Of a stretch of 64,000 nucleotides of DNA, positions 44,989-56,019 are shown piece by piece. The stretch is from Epithemia pelagica (taxonomy: Eukaryota; Protista; Bacillariophyta). Within the stretch, counting starts at the first letter, position 1. Every line of letters starts with the position of its first letter. The notes beneath the pieces are model-generated. The model was not told where the DNA came from and made no database searches. It saw only the letters and a program-made list of their open reading frames with translations. The position numbers and the translations under genes are program-made. Where the stretch lies: contig OX337235.1 in assembly GCA_946965045.2 (NCBI GenBank), forward strand, positions 1,364,001 through 1,428,000, given 5' to 3'.

Positions 44989-46797
44989 TTAGGTAGAGGC
45001 TGACGATGCTTTCTGGAGGTTCTTTTCGGTCGCCGCCCGGAGCAGACCATAAAAGGGAGGAGAGGGACGCAAGGGCCTGGATTGAAATTCCGGATGGAAT
45101 TGACACCCCACGTAATAGGCATGACCGGGCAATTCCGAAATTTCCATTCGATCTCCATCTCGTCCCACAAATTTCAAACCTCCATCATGAATCGCCGCCA
45201 CCTTTTCGGGATTGACCTCGTATCGATGACGATGGCGTTCGGATATACGAGGGGCTCCTCCGTACAATTGCTGGCATTGCGACATGCCAGTCGTGTCCGA
45301 CTCGCTATTCTTTGGACTATCATTCCTATCCATAAGTGTGTGCGTAAAGGTAGTGGTACGTCCTCCCAATCGCATGGTGCCACCCATGGTGGTTGGATCA
45401 ATTTCCGGCATGAACACAATTGTTGGTTCCTTGGTTTCTTCGTCAAACTCGGCCGAATCGGCTCCTTTCCAGTGCAACACATTTCGGCAGTATTCGACTA
45501 CCATGGCCTGAAATCCCAGGCAAATTCCCAAACAGGGCTTGTCCTCGAGGCGACAATGGTTGGCTGCCCGCAGTTTCCCTTCCCAACCTCGTTTTCCAAA
45601 ACCACCGGGGATCACAACACCATCTGCCTCCTGCAGCTTTTTCCAAGCCTCGGCAGAAGTTTCTTGTGTCTTTTCCGAAGAAGGAACCGATGATATCATT
45701 TCATAGTCTGATCCTTTACCCTTCTCTGCTTTTTCAGTATTGTTGATATCGTCGTCGTCGCCATCCTCTAAAAGACCAGCTTCAATCCATTCCAGTTCCA
45801 ACTTGACTTTACAGGCCATGCTGGCATGACGCAAGGCCTTGATGACGGACAGGTACGAATCCTGGAGGCCTGTATATTTCCCAATCAAAGCAATTATGAC
45901 AGTTCGCGCTGTCGCACTCACGGATCGGGCCATGGTCACCCAGGTTGTCAAGTCAGGCTTGGTGGGAGGCAAGTTGAGTTGCTTTTGTAATATTTCATGC
46001 AATCCCTGTTGTTCCAATAAGGACGGCACAAAGTACACATTGGAAACGTCATGGACACTCAATACATGTTCGGCAGGGACGTGACAAAAGTTGGAAATCT
46101 TTTGTTTGGTGGCCGTCTCCAAGACCTGCGTAGAGCGACAAAAGATTATACTGGGGGAGAGTCCCAACGACCTCAAATCACGAACCCCATGTTGCGTTGG
46201 TTTGGTCTTTTGTTCATTGGAAAGAATCGGTATGAGTGATACAAAGCACACGCAAAAGTTTTCATGGCCCACTCGAAACTGGAATTGTCTCAAGGCTTCC
46301 AAAAAGACTGAACTCTCAATGTCTCCCACTGTTCCTCCCACCTCGACCAAACAAATGTCGGCCGGTTCGCCATTGTCGTCTCCTCCTTCTTCTTCTTGGA
46401 CTGGAACTTGAGCCGCCGTTTCAATCCAATCTTGAATGCAATCGGTAATGTGAGGCACCACTTGTACCGTTTTGCCCAAATAATCGCCTTTGCGTTCCGC
46501 CAAAATGACCTTGCGATAGATTTTGCCCGTCGTCAGGTTGTGATTGGACGTCAATTGCAAGGACAAGAATCGTTCGTAATTTCCCAAATCCAAATCGGAC
46601 TCTCCCCCATCGTTCAAGACAAAGACTTCTCCATGCTCAAAAGGGGACATGGTCCCCGCATCCACGTTCAAATAGGGATCAATCTTGATGGCCGTCACTC
46701 GCAGTCCACACGCTTGCAACAAGCGGCCCATGGAACTAATGGTCACTCCCTTACCCAGCCCGGAAACCACGCCTCCTGTTACCACAATGTACTTCAT
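44989..46797 (-). CDS. CTPS: CTP synthase
   Basis: [69 protein letters not shown] (catalytic Cys), [16 protein letters not shown]; intronless. Confidence 0.98.
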   Translation of the reverse strand: MKYIVVTGGVVSGLGKGVTISSMGRLLQACGLRVTAIKIDPYLNVDAGTMSPFEHGEVFVLNDGGESDLDLGNYERFLSLQLTSNHNLTTGKIYRKVILAERKGDYLGKTVQVVPHITDCIQDWIETAAQVPVQEEEGGDDNGEPADICLVEVGGTVGDIESSVFLEALRQFQFRVGHENFCVCFVSLIPILSNEQKTKPTQHGVRDLRSLGLSPSIIFCRSTQVLETATKQKISNFCHVPAEHVLSVHDVSNVYFVPSLLEQQGLHEILQKQLNLPPTKPDLTTWVTMARSVSATARTVIIALIGKYTGLQDSYLSVIKALRHASMACKVKLELEWIEAGLLEDGDDDDINNTEKAEKGKGSDYEMISSVPSSEKTQETSAEAWKKLQEADGVVIPGGFGKRGWEGKLRAANHCRLEDKPCLGICLGFQAMVVEYCRNVLHWKGADSAEFDEETKEPTIVFMPEIDPTTMGGTMRLGGRTTTFTHTLMDRNDSPKNSESDTTGMSQCQQLYGGAPRISERHRHRYEVNPEKVAAIHDGGLKFVGRDGDRMEISELPGHAYYVGCQFHPEFQSRPLRPSPPFYGLLRAATEKNLQKASSAST

Positions 46798-47827
46798 GAT
46801 GATGGCTTGAATGAATGGACGTTTTCGGACCAAATGATACAACCACAGACAAAAGATTCCGTCCAATCTGAATGCAATGCTATCAAGAGCGGCAGAATTT
46901 GGATGGACCTGACATGATTTTCTCATTCCAATTTCCAATCGCCCTTCATTCATTCACGCGGGACGAGGACGGATGATGGAACGTGCGCGCGCGACACCGG
47001 ACAGACCGACAGCAGGGGTTCGTTCTCCGCCCACTGAATTCCTTGCACTTGGAATGACACAAAGATATGTGTACACAGCATTGTACAGATTGATCCACAG
47101 TGCATCCTCCAACCACCTTGCGCACAGACACGGTGAAGACAACACCGTGGCGGTAAACAAAATCGAACAGCAAAGAGACATCCCGCAATAGACCCAAGAG
47201 GGAAACCAAGAGAAATATACAATCGGCATCCTACGTTACGCAACAAAACGTCTCAAGCCTTCCTCCTTGTGGACAAAAAGTCACTCTTGTCGGCAAAGGT
47301 GGAGGGGCCTGGGGTGTGCGGCAAGCATAGAAATCGTACGAGGCTTGCGGTTCAGTTTCCCGGACAATACACATACAAAGCGACACCATGGCGGATCTCT
47401 ATGGTGAATTTCACGAGGACGATGATGACCTTGAGGTACGAAATCGTTTACCGGATTTTTCCTTTGTTCGTGTGTTTTAATAGGGTGTATTAGAGTGCTA
47501 TCGAAAAGAGGATTACCATGAAATGCTCCATGATGCCGCGGTCCAAAAGAGGGAGGATACTTGGAACTCCGCATGAGCCGATTTCCCGGCGCTTCCGCGA
47601 CCTCTTTCAATTCTTTATGTCGCTTTGATGTCGCTGTTCTACTATTCCTGGAGGAGTACACATGTCTTGTGACAAATAATTGTACACTATCAAGAACGGT
47701 CAGCTTACTGTTCGCAAAGGCTTCCATCATCGGTGTCAAGAGCAGATGGTACCGGTTTCTCCAATGGGAACAGCAACAAGCACGACAGATTCCATTCAAA
47801 AAGAAACACCTAAAGAGTCTTTCCACC

Positions 47828-50684
47828 ATGTTTCAATATCAACAACGGCAAAAACAAAACGCAACCATGTTGAGGAACCAAACGCTGGATGATTTTGACA
47901 TGTCAAGTGTGAGCATTGTCCTGTGTTTTTCGGCGTTCGTTTGAGTGAATCGTTCGTTTGTGGTATTCGTTCTTTGGTTTGGATGATTAAGCACCGTGAT
48001 CTCATTATTTCCTTCTTCCGTGATTCCATAAACAGGAGAACGAAGATGACATTGGGGCTTTGGGGAGTATCCTGTCCTGGGATGAAGATGAGGACGATGA
48101 AGGCCAGGCTGTAAACCATTCGGCTGCAGCCATGAATGTAGCACTCCGAGAGCGAGATTCTGCTTCCGGAACTTCTGCTCCTCCCGATATGGTTCAGTTT
48201 TCAATGAAAGATGGGGTACCGCAATTCAATTTCCTGACCAATTCTGCCTCGCTAATGGCGAATGGACAACAGGCTGTTAATGCGGTTGGTTCCACACAAC
48301 AATCCCAACAGAACGGCGGAGGAACGGATTCCAGTTTAACCCTACAATTACCAATGCCCACCCCCATTTCCAAATTCAATAATTCGTCGTCTTTTCCGTC
48401 CTCAACACAGCAACATCCACCACCTCGTCAAGACAATGAGTCTTCTTCACAGCAGCAAAAACTTGACATCTCGATGCAACCGATAAACAACAATAGCACG
48501 AACACAGCAGTGAATGCAAATTCGGTTCAGCAAATGGTGTCTCAGCAACAATCGCAACCAGGTTTGGCGGCAACGTTCACACAGCTTTTAGCGCAGCAAG
48601 CGGGGACGCTTCTGCAGCAACACCAGCAGCAACAACAAAATCAATCGGCGCAGCAACAGCAAGAATTGCAACAAGCGGCGAACCAAATAAACGCCTCACA
48701 GTCTCCGCAAGGCACTGTTGCAGACCCTGCTTCGGCTCAGCAACAAGCTCAACAGGCCGTTCTCCAACAGGCGCAGCAACAGTTGCAGCAAGCGGCACAA
48801 CAGGCTGCGCAGCAACAAGCCCAACAACTGCAGCAACAGTCCCAGCAAAACAACCAGGTGCAACAGGCACAAAACCAAATGCAACAACAGCCTCTTCAAA
48901 TGCCATTTGGGAACGACCCCAGTGCCTTTATTCAACAGTTGCAGTTTGCTCAATTTCAACACCAGCTGCAACTGCAAGCCCAACAACAGCAGCAACAACA
49001 ACAACAATCCCAAAGACCGACTTTTGCCGTGGCCCCAACACCTGGAAGCAACCCTGCTGGTGTGCAGTTTGCTCAACCACCAGCGGCCCCAGCATTGAAT
49101 CCAAGACCCCAACGGGAAGGGCCCCCTCCAGCAAAGCGAGCAAAGAAAACCAAAGCACTGCCCGCACTGAAACCTGCGTCAAGCAGTAGGGAATCGAAGA
49201 AACCCGCTCCGACTCCTACACCAACTCCATCTCTACCAAAGGCTGGAGTCGTTTCGGCGAGTGACACGGATTGCGAAGGCCCTAAGAAGACAGCCTCATG
49301 TTCCAGCAGCGCAGGAAGCGAGGCAACGCTCTCGCAACCACCAGCTGGTTCCAAGAAACTAGCCAAGCATGAAGTGATACAGGACCATAATCTCAATGCC
49401 GATGAAAAGGCACAGGCCAACCGTGATCGAAATCGAGAACACGCCCGGAATACTCGCTTACGGAAAAAGGCCTACCTCGAGAAACTGAAAGCAACTGTAG
49501 AGGATCTCTGTAGAGAACGAGATACTCTGGTATCTGAGCGTGCTGGAGCGGCTGGGCTTCTGGTGGAGATGCACAACACCAGAACCGAAGTTCTTATGTC
49601 CTTCTTTGCTCTACGATCCTCCAACGAAAAAAGAAGAAAGCTTTGGTCCAGTATCCTGGATGAAAGCTGCTTTACATGCATCATGCCAGTTACGCCATAT
49701 CGTTCATTTCCTGCTAGCGAAGTCCAAGTCTCCAAGTGTCAAAGGACTGTTATGGGTATCGACGCAATGATGGCTGATACAGCGTCGTTGCACGTGCTTT
49801 TCCAGTCACTGGTGGATAGAATACGATTTCCGAACGGCAAGATCGACTTCCGCTACACGTTAGTGACTGAGGAATCTGTTGTGGCAGGAAACCAAATGAT
49901 GGCACGATGGGTAATGTCCACTGTGAATGCGACGAAATGTGGAGCATTGACCGAAGTTTCAAAACAAGGAATGCTCTGTTGCAAATTCAACTCGGCGCAC
50001 AGAATAACGGGATTGGAACTCATGTTTGATGTCATGGCTTTTATGTTGCAGCTGAAACAAGCTGCAGGGTCAGACAGTTTCTCTGTGATACCAAATACCG
50101 TACAAACATGTCAAAGAACGTTTGACAAGCCCATGGTGATGACACTGGCAACTCCTCCCTATACAATTGTTCAAGTGAATAAGTTGTGGGAAGAGATGAC
50201 AGGATATTCGTCTGAAGAGGTTGTTGGCAAGACATCATGTGCGATCCTGCAAGGCCCCAAGACTGAGAAGAAAGCAATACATGAACTGATGGAAGAAATC
50301 CGTTTCAAACGACCTGGGACTGCACATGTGCGGAACATCAAGAAGTCTGGCCAGGAGTTTACACATGCAATTCTTGCCTTCCCGCTAAGCACTGACTCCA
50401 GGGTTACGCATTATGTGTCGCTCTCGAATCATGTTGAAAACCTTCCATCGTCTGATGAGAGTTCCGCAACCATCCCGAAAGTACCAGAGAAGCCGTTACA
50501 GCAACAGCAAGTCACCCCGTCTCTGAACCAGAACAGTTCCGCTCCGCAGAATGCGATACCTCAATTATTTCCAACACCATCGCCATCAACGAGTGTGTTC
50601 CATCCACAACCTCAGTCCGTTGAATCCAGTAACACGCTGATGGCACCCCCTCCGGCCCAAGCTTCAATGCTTCCACCCTCCTAG
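47828..50684 (+). CDS. bZIP-PAS transcription factor with Gln-rich N-terminus (exons 47828-47908, 48036-50684)
   Basis: bZIP basic region ANRDRNREHARNTRLRKKAYLEKL; PAS/LOV-like PPYTIVQVNKLWEEMTGYSSEEVVGKTSCAILQGPKT. The phase-0 intron 47909-48035 supplies an ATG (47828 or 47867). Confidence 0.85.
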
Positions 50685-51078
50685 TCGCGGGGACTCATCA
50701 CCACGCCTCAATTGCGATGTCTCCCCGCTTTCATCTTCCAAGTTGAAACACGCCTCAGCTCAAGCGACTCCGACGATCACTCCAAGCGCCCACTAGAGAA
50801 CAAGTTTTCCACCCGACCAACGAATTTGACACTCGAAATTCATGATATCTAGTAGAGAGGGAAAGAAGTGTTTGATTTTGCTTCTTATTCAAGTTTGATG
50901 TTCATTCTATATTCCGCTCGAGATCTGTTGAGGCCTGCCGCCCGCTCATTGTACATATTGCGTCCATCGGCCCACCACTGCATGTAGGTTCAGTTCTTTT
51001 GCCTCCTGAACACTTGCACCATTCATGTAGATAGCAAGTCTCATCATCATAAAGATACCAAGTTTCATGCTTCTCCCT

Positions 51079-51924
51079 TCACGTCAATCTTGTTCGCTGT
51101 TGGATGTTGTGGTCGTTGCTTGTCCCGGTTCGTGGTGGCGGCAATATGGGAGAAGAAGTCGGTGATGGACCTGTTGGATTCTGACTGCATGCAACAATCT
51201 GTAAATAAAAGAAATGAGATACGAATGTGTTTCAAATAATGAACGAACCGGGGAAGCCAAGGCCAGACACTGACGACATGTAGTGGAGACTCACAGTGTC
51301 CGCCCAACCGGCCGAGACAGTCACTTGAGCAGAGTTTTGGACACAGATGCTTTCGCCTCCAGTCAGAGAAAACGCCCAGGATTGAACAATGCTTTCCTGA
51401 TTGTTTCCATTGATCGCTGTGGCAATCACCTGCAAGCCTCGAGATTCCTTTGGCTCAATGCTCTCATACAGTACGGAATCTCCCGTTTGGAAGTTTCCAT
51501 CAATCATCTGACGAGCCAGAACATTATACTCTAGATTGAGCTCCAACAGAACCAAACTGTTGATTGTCACTGGTGCCTCCATGTCGAGCGGGAGATTGGT
51601 GCCATTCCACGAGTATTGATTGGGGTCGGGAATGACAATACACGTTGTCTCGATCCATGGGTTTTGCAGTGGTTGCGGTGGTCGCAACTCACAGGGCAGG
51701 GCCAGATTAAAGACCAGTTGATAGAACAGGCGATCGCAGGGCCGACAGGAGCCGCCTTCATTCCAGAGTTGTCTTGCCTTGCTGTTATTGACTGTATCTC
51801 CGAAACAATGCGATACCAATGTGCTACACCAGAAAAGGCCAACGAAAACAAGGATCAAGGGCCGGCTGGTGAAGCCAGAGACGACGCCTTTGTCCGAACC
51901 AGGGAGTAAAAGAAACGGATTCAT
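51079..51924 (-). CDS. Divergent single-domain, tail-less member of the secreted 6-Cys family, copy F (exons 51924-51295, 51198-51079)
   Basis: Signal peptide, ARQL, then CRPC...FYQLVFNLALPC...TTC...VLLELN...FQTGDSVLYESI...LQV.ATAING...QSW.F..C. A phase-0 intron lies at the same site as in D/E, followed by a last Cys and a short PT stretch. Confidence 0.7.
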
Positions 51925-52901
51925 GGATCAAAAAGTGATTCGATATCTCTCTCTCTCTTGCGAAAAATGATACTATACTTTGGATCCTGCCGCGTTGCTT
52001 GACGACGACAACAAGAACACACCGACATTGTATGCGTCCTTCGTGCAAGCAGTCTATCCCGCATATGGTACCCAATCCCATCACGATAAACAACTCTCGG
52101 CTGGAATAAACAAACCTAACAATATTTTGTTGTCTACGCGAATAAGCAGTTTCGAAAGAGACGAAGAGACTCCACCTTTGAATGGGTAGTAGGAGTCGCC
52201 TTGTGGCAAAAAAGACTGCAAATGGGAAATTGTGAGCAACCCAAGCGGGAATGAGCGATCATCTGCGACTGCATTGACTTTACACAAAAGTCGAAGTCAT
52301 CTCTAAGATTGACGAAATGCAACCAAACTCGCCCGAATTCAATCCAGTGGAATATGATGGACCCAATATGGATCTGTGACAAAAGAAATGGATGTGAGGA
52401 TCATCATGAGATCGAGTGTCGAGTGAGAACGATAGAGAGCATGCTTCGTACTCCTAGAGGAACAAATTTCCCATCCATTCGGTAGGAGGAGAGGGTAGTT
52501 GAGATAGCTTTTTCTGTTCTGGGGGCAAGCCGAAACCACCCTTGTACGAAGCGGGGGCAGAAAAGATAAGGTACAAACGGAAGCGTTCCCCGTGCCCCTT
52601 TCTTGCGGGAACAAAGCGCCGCATCTTCTCCAGACCCCATTTTGATCAACAAACACAAGTTACATCTCTACCAAAGAAGAGGAGGAGAGTGTGATTCATT
52701 CCTTGACGAGCGCCAGGTCGAACCAATTCTGTCCTTTCCTACCTCTGTTTCAAAAGCTTTGCTGGATTTGCATTTGGGAGAGTGTTGAAATTTCTCCAAC
52801 GCTGCTTCATCTTCCCTTGTGTCCCTTGTCGATCCAATTATTCGGGTGACCGTAGTTCGTTCCTATACCATAATATCCCCAACCAAACACAAAGATAGAC
52901 C

Positions 52902-55136
52902 ATGGAAGACCCTGCTTCGCCTCGTCCAGAACAGTGTGGTGATTTGATCCCTGCCTCAAGTCAGCCCATACCAGTCACACCGGAAGCCTTGTCCGTTCAG
53001 GATCCCTTGGCGGCGCCTCCTTCGACGTCCTCCTTTGTCTCGGTCACGACCAATCATCGCATTTCCACGACATCCACGGTTCAGTCTACTGCAACCAACG
53101 ACGATGACAAGTCTCCGGAGGGACATGCTTCCTCGCCAACGGCCGACCATACTGAGAATGACGCTGACCCAACGTCGTCGTCATCACCGTCCTTTTTCTC
53201 TTGCTTGTTCTCCTGCTGTGGTTGCTGTTCTGCCAGTGATGCAACTAGCGACCAACCGGGTGGTTCTCTCATGGCCTTTTGGGGTGCGGCAGCCAATTTG
53301 TGTAGTGCCACCTTGGGTGCCGGTGTGTTGAGTTTGCCTCATGCGTGTGCCCAGGCCGGATTGGTGGGAAGTGCCAGTTTGCTCGTGGCGGCCGCCTTGG
53401 CGACTGTGGCCTCGGTACAATTGTTGATTCGGGCCTGTACGCGCTATCAATTGTACACGTACGAATCCTTGACCGAAGTCCTGTATGGACCGTGGTTGCG
53501 ACGAGCGACCGAACTGTGTATCGTGTTGTTTTGTCAAGGATGTGCCGTGGCGTACCTGATTGCCGTGGCAGATATTTTGCAACAAGCCAATTTGCTCGTG
53601 CATCATTCCCGAGCAGTGAGCATGATTTTAATATGGACCTGTGTCTTGTTGCCCCTCTCCTTGTTTCGGACCATGACGGCCTTGCAAATGTCCAGTGCCG
53701 TGGGAATTGCCTCCATTGGAACCTTGGTCTTTGCCGCCATTGTACATCTCATTGACGATACCAAACATGAAGAAGAGAACCAAGACCATGATTCTTGGCG
53801 CTCCTGGAAGGATGTGACAACAGACGTTTCACAAACGCTCTCTCTGGATGAAACAGGGGCCGAATGGTTCCCCGTGTTGGCGAGCAACAACACAACACAC
53901 AACTCCACCACAACCACACACGACGTTGATTGGTCTTCCATGTTGTGGCCCAAACAGGGGTCCATTTCCATTTTGACGGCGTGTCCCATTATCTTGTTTG
54001 CCTTTTCCTGTCAAGTCAATGTCTGTGCCATTTACGAAGAACTAATTCCGCCACCACCACCACCACCATCATCCACAACCAACACGACGAATGGCAGTCG
54101 ACCGGTCCATCCCATGGATGGCAAACAACGTCGCATGGGCCAAGTCACGTGGGTAGCCGTGGCCATTTGTGCGACCCTCTATGCCTCCATTGCGTTGGCG
54201 ACCCTGGCGGACTTTGGTCGAGACGGTGTCACTCCCAATATCCTCTCGGCCTATCAACCTCCCTTGGCGGGGATTATGCAAGTGGCAGCCGCGGGTATGG
54301 TTCTGGCAGTGACCATGGCCTTTCCCCTCAACATTTTTCCGGCGCGAGTGACACTGGAGGGCATTGTTCCTCCGTCTAGCTTGTCGTTATCGTCGTCGTG
54401 TTGTGGTGGGAAACGCACTGCAGCAGTAATGGATGAAGAAACGGGGGAATCCGACCAAGACAACCATGGTTGTTGTTCTTGCTTCCGAAAACGACCGGAT
54501 AGTCGAGAAAGTCAACCCAATTCCATGCTCACTCAAGCATTGCTTTCCGACGAACATCAGCAATCGCCTCCATCAGACGATCAAGACACTGTCACCATGC
54601 CGATCATTGATGATCCCACGACGGGGCAACCAAACAACACGATCACACCCGAGAGGAGCAATGGAGAGTCCCCGGAGCAAACAAGAAGTAGGACCATCAA
54701 CCCATACCAGGATGACAATGTCGAACCACAAGAAGACGAAACTGGATTTCCATGGTGTCGGCACATTGTCTTGACGCTGGCCTTGGCAGGGAGTGCCTTG
54801 GGCATTGCTCTGATTGCCCCCGATATCTCTGTGGTCTTTCAAATTGTGGGTGGCACTGCCAGTAGCATGCTGGGATTTGTCGTGCCAGGATTGATGGGGT
54901 TGCGATTGGGACGCGACTATGTTCAAGTGGATTCCAATCTGCAGGGATCCGCCATTGTGTGTGGATCGTGGCTATTGATTTACGCTGGAAGCTTGATTGG
55001 CCTACTGACCACTGCTGTGACCATTTATCAACTCGCGGGAGGAGGGGGACCCAGTGGTGACGACGACACAACAAGTCACAACAGTACTATGAATTCATTC
55101 GCCGCTTTTCTCCTTCCCAGTTTTGACGTCTTGTAG
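52902..55136 (+). CDS. Amino acid/auxin permease (SLC38/Aa_trans) family transporter
   Basis: AAANLCSATLGAGVLSLPHA, YESLTEVLYG, PIILFAFSCQVNV..IYEEL, AFPLNIFPAR, PDISVVFQIVGGT; about 11 TMs with long low-complexity loops. Confidence 0.92.
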   Translation: MEDPASPRPEQCGDLIPASSQPIPVTPEALSVQDPLAAPPSTSSFVSVTTNHRISTTSTVQSTATNDDDKSPEGHASSPTADHTENDADPTSSSSPSFFSCLFSCCGCCSASDATSDQPGGSLMAFWGAAANLCSATLGAGVLSLPHACAQAGLVGSASLLVAAALATVASVQLLIRACTRYQLYTYESLTEVLYGPWLRRATELCIVLFCQGCAVAYLIAVADILQQANLLVHHSRAVSMILIWTCVLLPLSLFRTMTALQMSSAVGIASIGTLVFAAIVHLIDDTKHEEENQDHDSWRSWKDVTTDVSQTLSLDETGAEWFPVLASNNTTHNSTTTTHDVDWSSMLWPKQGSISILTACPIILFAFSCQVNVCAIYEELIPPPPPPPSSTTNTTNGSRPVHPMDGKQRRMGQVTWVAVAICATLYASIALATLADFGRDGVTPNILSAYQPPLAGIMQVAAAGMVLAVTMAFPLNIFPARVTLEGIVPPSSLSLSSSCCGGKRTAAVMDEETGESDQDNHGCCSCFRKRPDSRESQPNSMLTQALLSDEHQQSPPSDDQDTVTMPIIDDPTTGQPNNTITPERSNGESPEQTRSRTINPYQDDNVEPQEDETGFPWCRHIVLTLALAGSALGIALIAPDISVVFQIVGGTASSMLGFVVPGLMGLRLGRDYVQVDSNLQGSAIVCGSWLLIYAGSLIGLLTTAVTIYQLAGGGGPSGDDDTTSHNSTMNSFAAFLLPSFDVL

Positions 55137-56019
55137 CTTTGCGGGGGAGACATTTGCCTATTGCACTGGAAGAGCTCGGCTAGTACTGTACAAGAGCAGA
55201 GAGATTTTTGATCTCGTCGACTCTTTTCAGAACGACCTCTTGCCGGAATCGGCAGAGAGATGATAAACTTTATGTTGGGGGCACCATTGTGCCAATAGTA
55301 AAGAAAATAGAAATCTGGTTCCAATAGAGATGTGAACAAAGTCTACTAGGGCGTGGAACTGAGCTACACGAGTGTAGTTGGAACCTTTCTACTTCAGCAA
55401 GAGTAAGCTGTCATCTTTCCTAGAAACTTATTATCGACACAGCTCCTTCCTCCATTGGATCATCAACCTTTTGCCAACGGTGGAGAGGACACTTTTCGCC
55501 ATTGCTAACATGTGTTCTATGTTCTATTACTCGCCTACAACATCCTGAGCTATGTGCTCGATACTGTACAGAATAGCTACCTACTATGTGCTCTATCGTA
55601 TTACTCCGATTATAAAAATATCAAAACGGACAAAATTCTCTCTGTGCAGTCTTTTTGAATGAATGAGACACTCTAATCATAAGGTTAGAAGTACGTCTAT
55701 AGCGATTTTTGTACAGCCGGAACAGCACCATTGTGTTTTTTACTTTTGTTTTTTCCATTTCTCCTCGCTTTCTTACCAGATACCGGAACCGGATCATGTC
55801 AGCCAATCTGTGATCTATTTCCTTCTTGGCTGTCTTCTCGTTCCAGTCTACCCTTGACTCTTTTACTTGCATTGCCTTGTGTTGGTGTTGAGATTGGAGG
55901 GATCATCAGGTGCTTTCGCGGCGAAAAAGCAGAATAGATTCTGACGTGTCTCGTGCCATTGAATGTGTACAAGATTCTTGCCAATGGGGAGACTATAGAG
56001 GCCGAGGAAAAGTGAAAGG

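Noticed and set aside
47828-50684. Calling the bZIP-PAS gene an aureochrome
   Set aside because: It lacks the GRNCRFLQ consensus and terminal Gln, and has a large extra domain between bZIP and PAS.
51925-52901. Small ORFs 51980-52189, 52404-52658 and, further on, 55621-55872
   Set aside because: No motifs, splice support or coding-like composition that I can defend.
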